Below, piece after piece: positions 60,647-64,000 of a stretch of DNA of 64,000 nucleotides (within the stretch, counting starts at the first letter, position 1; each line of letters opens with the position of its first letter). This DNA is from an uncultured Fibrobacterales bacterium (GTDB lineage Bacteria > Fibrobacterota > Fibrobacteria > Fibrobacterales > CAWVXU01). The DNA lies in NCBI GenBank assembly GCA_963934255.1, contig CAWVXU010000003.1:10465-74464 (forward strand), read 5' to 3'. The notes under the pieces are model-generated. The model had not been told where the DNA came from, made no database searches, and saw nothing but the letters and a program-made list of their open reading frames with translations. A program made the translations under genes and the position numbers.

Positions 60647-62329
60647 TTACGCTAGATATTCCATTGTATTATACCCAAGACGACGTCCTGTCTCGTCTCC
60701 TTCAGATGCACTTATATCAACCTGAAGAAGAGTATCTTGAGTATGGTTTTGATTTTGACGATTGCCGCGTTTACCATTATTTTGGTTAGCTTGGCCTTGA
60801 TTTTTATATTCAATATTCACTTCTGATTTATCGAGGTGAAGATTATTCTGAGAAAGTTGCTCTTTAAGTTGGCTTAAATTACTTTCTAAAACTGCTTTAA
60901 CTTTGTCATTATCAACACTGACAATCAATTGCATTTTATCGTTTTGAATAGAGATCTCAATAGCTACTTTACCTAGGTTTTCAGGATAAAGAGTCATTGT
61001 TGATCTTGACTCACCTTTATCAAACATGATTTGAACATGTGTTTGAACTTGACGTACAACTGGGTGTTTAGGAGCATGCGAATGATGAGCTTGTGTGATT
61101 TTTTCAATCACAAGGTCACCTTTTGAATCAGTTTTTACTTGAGTAAAAGATTGTTCTTCAACAACTTGTGAATTTAAGTTTTCTGTAAACTGAACCGGAA
61201 CTTGCAAATCATTCTTAGCTTGACTTGCTCTGACCTCAGAATTTTCTCTTTGGTCACTTGGGGCTTCTCTTCTTGAATCCTGTTGACCATTTTTATTTGA
61301 CTCTTCTGAATTATCAGCAGAATGTTGAGATGTCCACTTAACTTGATTGTCTTGAATTATTTTTCCGTTTGCATCGAAGTTTGATTTTAATTCTTGATTC
61401 ACTTCTTTAGGAATTACAATACTTGATTCGAGAGAAGATGGATTAGCTGATTGATTGATTTCAGCCTGAGCTGCTTGTAAAACATTAGCAGCAAGAACAC
61501 CACTGTCAGCCTGAGTTGCTTGTAAAGTTTGATCTGCCAATTGTGCTAGTAGTTCAATTTCTTTTGATTTGAAGCCCGTCTCTGCTGCATCAATTGCCCA
61601 TTCAGGTTTGCCATCAATAGCTGCGCGAATTGGCGCTTGGGCTTGATCACTTATAGCCAAAAATTGTTTCGCTAAAGTTTGTAAAGTTTTCATTGTATCT
61701 TGCATAACAAGCTTTAAATCAACAGGAAGGTTTTCAGCATTTTGAATCATTGAGAATTGTTTTGCCAAAAGCTTCATTTGATCTTCTGATTGAGTGGCGT
61801 CTAATTTAAGAGTTGCTGAAAGTTGTTTGAACCTTAAAGTTTGATTTAAGTCCTCACCCATATTTAACTCTTGAGCTTGCTCTGAATCTTTAGAAATCGA
61901 GATTTGAAGACCTATGTAAGTTTGGATAAAAACAGGGATTTCAGCATCTTCAGCTGCACCTTCAAGGGCTAGTTGAAGATCATCCATGTTTTTAATTTCT
62001 TGTCCATTGATCGAAATCATATTTTCAGCAAATGACTTAGCATTCATTTTGAAGCCTTGCTCCTCAAGCTGAACGCCGATAGTTGATAAAAGGTCCTGCA
62101 GACCTTCCATCCATTCTTCTAAAACTTCCAATGGAGATTCGAGTGATTCAGCATTTTCTAGTGCTTCGACCATTTCTTCCATTTGTTCTTGGTTATAACC
62201 TAAAACTTGTTGGAACACATCAGAGATAGTTTGCATACCAGTAGACTTGCCACCTTGTATTACTGCAAAAAGTGAATTTGTCTCAGAAGATTGATTCATC
62301 TCAGCTAGTTGATTTAAATTCATACTCAT
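60647..62329 (-). CDS. fliK: Hook-length control protein FliK
   Basis: Long Q/E/S-rich region; C-terminal LYPENLGKV...LESNLSQLKEQL domain; upstream of flgD. Confidence 0.88.
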   Translation of the reverse strand: MSMNLNQLAEMNQSSETNSLFAVIQGGKSTGMQTISDVFQQVLGYNQEQMEEMVEALENAESLESPLEVLEEWMEGLQDLLSTIGVQLEEQGFKMNAKSFAENMISINGQEIKNMDDLQLALEGAAEDAEIPVFIQTYIGLQISISKDSEQAQELNMGEDLNQTLRFKQLSATLKLDATQSEDQMKLLAKQFSMIQNAENLPVDLKLVMQDTMKTLQTLAKQFLAISDQAQAPIRAAIDGKPEWAIDAAETGFKSKEIELLAQLADQTLQATQADSGVLAANVLQAAQAEINQSANPSSLESSIVIPKEVNQELKSNFDANGKIIQDNQVKWTSQHSADNSEESNKNGQQDSRREAPSDQRENSEVRASQAKNDLQVPVQFTENLNSQVVEEQSFTQVKTDSKGDLVIEKITQAHHSHAPKHPVVRQVQTHVQIMFDKGESRSTMTLYPENLGKVAIEISIQNDKMQLIVSVDNDKVKAVLESNLSQLKEQLSQNNLHLDKSEVNIEYKNQGQANQNNGKRGNRQNQNHTQDTLLQVDISASEGDETGRRLGYNTMEYLA

Positions 62330-62919
62330 TTTGGTGTCCCATTTCTCCAGCCTAAAAGTTTGGTAATCTCTGCAGCTCTTGCATTATCCATAGCACCCAT
62401 CGCTGCCATGATTTTTGCTTTTGCACGAATATCGGGAATTTTTTCGATGATTTTTGAAACTGTTTTATTTTCAAGGCTCAGTAGTATAGGCGCTGATTCA
62501 ATTGGCTTCATGCTGCCATAGACTTCAGCAAGTTGATTAAGACGTTCATCACTTAACTCTCTATTTTCACCAACAAGTGTTTCAATTTTTTTGCGCTCGT
62601 TTTCAATTTGAGTCTTCAAAGCTTGATTATCGTCTTTTAAGCTTTCTAATCTTTCGATATCTAATGAGATTTGTTTTCGTTCGCTTTCAAGCTTGGTTTG
62701 CCCAACTTTAGCAGCTGCAAAAACTTTAGATTGCTCAGCATTTGCTGAATCTTGGTAAGGATTGTATTTTTGAAGAAACTCACTCATACCTTTAGCGTCT
62801 TCATTATCAAGCTCAGCATTAAGATGGATCACACCACTATATAATAGCGTCGCAATAATTACCACGGGCGATAAAAATAATGCTGCAAGGCCGGTTAGTA
62901 TGATATCAGTCAGTTTCAT
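62326..62919 (-). CDS. MotE/FlbB/YlxF-like flagellar protein (TM, coiled coil, MgtE_N-like domain)
   Basis: LAEVYGSMKP..SAPIL...IMAAM...RAAEIT; ATGA overlap with fliK. Confidence 0.8.
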   Translation of the reverse strand: MKLTDIILTGLAALFLSPVVIIATLLYSGVIHLNAELDNEDAKGMSEFLQKYNPYQDSANAEQSKVFAAAKVGQTKLESERKQISLDIERLESLKDDNQALKTQIENERKKIETLVGENRELSDERLNQLAEVYGSMKPIESAPILLSLENKTVSKIIEKIPDIRAKAKIMAAMGAMDNARAAEITKLLGWRNGTPK

Positions 62920-62953
62920 AATGCTCTCGTAGTTGGATTCTATAAATTATAAG

Positions 62954-62970
62954 AGCAAACCGTATGCCAA
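62954..62970 (-). promoter_or_regulatory. Sigma54 (-24/-12) promoter of the hook/motor/export cluster
   Basis: Minus strand TTGGCATACGGTTTGCT: GG-N10-GC with TGGCA and TTGC boxes, 35 nt upstream of the first gene. Confidence 0.8.
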
Positions 62971-63208
62971 TTTTTAAAGGTAAATAGAAGGCCAAACTTG
63001 AAGTATTTTGGTTGATTTGAGTTGAGATTGACTTCTTAAGGTTAAAATTGCCGAATTTGAGCTATTTAATAGGGCAAGTTTGACCCTTGTGTAATATTGG
63101 AGCTTTCAACTAGCGTTTATACAAAATTATGGTAATAATTTCTCTATATCATACTTCAAGGGGCATCACATAAAATCAACATTACTTCCAAGTACCCTGC
63201 TTATCGGC

Positions 63209-63643
63209 TCAATCCATAACGTCAATTAGAGTAACAACATCCACTGTATCATAAAGTGGTAATGCAATCTCAAGACTGGTAATTTCCCCAAGCCTAGTAT
63301 CGAACTCCAAAATCATTGGCACTGAATAGCTCCAGTTAGTAATGAACAACATCATTATCAGAACTGGTTGTCGTAAATCTGTAAAAATCTGAAACTTTTC
63401 CTTAATCATGTAACACTCTTGAAATTTTTGAACTTCATTTTTAGCTTGAATCAAGGATTCTTCTGACATACAAAGTGCTTTGGCGGTGATATGGGGTTCC
63501 TCGGGACCAAACTTTTTTCGGGCCTTTTTAGCGACCTCTAGCAGGTCTTTTTGATGTCTAAGGGTGACTTCGGCACCCACTTCTTTACCAGCAATGGTCG
63601 ACGTGGTTTTCCATTTTGCATAGATTCGATTGCTCCTTATCAA
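63209..63643 (-). pseudogene. Truncated TIGR02147/DUF4423-like fragment
   Basis: STIAGKEVGAEVTLRHQKDLLEVAKKARKKFGPEEPHITAKALCMSEESLIQAKNEVQKFQE parallels the C-terminal part of 34504..35361; N-terminal HTH absent. Confidence 0.5.
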
Positions 63644-63779
63644 TTAATAAAAAGACTGAACGGTAAAAAGTAAGGTAGTAGGGCAAAGTCAAATGATACC
63701 CAGGTATAATTTCTCTAAGAGGAAATCACTCCATCGTTAGAGCCCAAATCATTATGGTTATTACAATGATTGTACCAAT

Positions 63780-64000
63780 GATGGCCTTACTAGCCTCTTC
63801 AACCGCAGGACTCTTGATAAAATTATTGAGATTGAGTGGTTGAAAATGCATCGCGAAAACTCACCTCTTTCGGTTCTTCAAATCTAGCTAAAGGCTATTC
63901 TTACTCAGGTTTTGACAAGAACTCTTGAATTTAGCCCCAAAGAGTCCAATAAATTATACCGCAATTTCGAATTCGCAGTGTCTTCTATAGTGAGTCAGAG
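63780..64000 (+). pseudogene. Degenerate GGDEF (diguanylate cyclase) remnant
   Basis: DGLTSLFNRRTLDKIIEIEWLKMHRENSPLSVLQI* (TAG 63885-63887 where DID is expected), then LYRNFEFAV in the same frame in place of RxGGEEFAV; no in-frame start. Confidence 0.6.

Overview
A low-GC bacterial chromosome segment, most likely from a flagellated member of the Fibrobacterota. This is inferred from a TIGR02147/DUF4423-type gene, Ser-rich linkers, a Fibrobacter-style C-terminal sorting domain and PorU homologues. From left to right it holds: a TCA block (mdh, cut by the window edge, sucD, sucC); an Rrf2 regulator and a small membrane protein; two tandem PorU-like C25 sortases downstream of mltD-sppA; an nfeD-nfeD-floA flotillin operon; a yjfB-like gene with a sigma28-type promoter; an M18 aminopeptidase; a clpC-bamA-skp-lpxD-lpxC-fabZ-lpxA envelope cluster headed by a degenerate phage-type primase-helicase gene; a candidate chitin/glycan locus (GH18 chitinase divergent from a TIGR02147 regulator, a lipoprotein and a 1254-aa secreted protein with lysozyme-fold-like motifs); an HDOD protein; a decayed higA; and a ~20 kb flagellar hook/motor/export cluster (sigma54 promoter to fliA) with a beta-propeller lipoprotein between flhB and flhA. 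The right end carries remnants of a DUF4423 gene and a GGDEF gene. No rRNA, tRNA, CRISPR array or intact mobile element was recognised. The best candidates for an undescribed system are the TIGR02147-lipoprotein-glycanase module with its palindromic operator, the paired sortases, and the domesticated primase-helicase. All family calls come from motif recognition by eye, not database searches.
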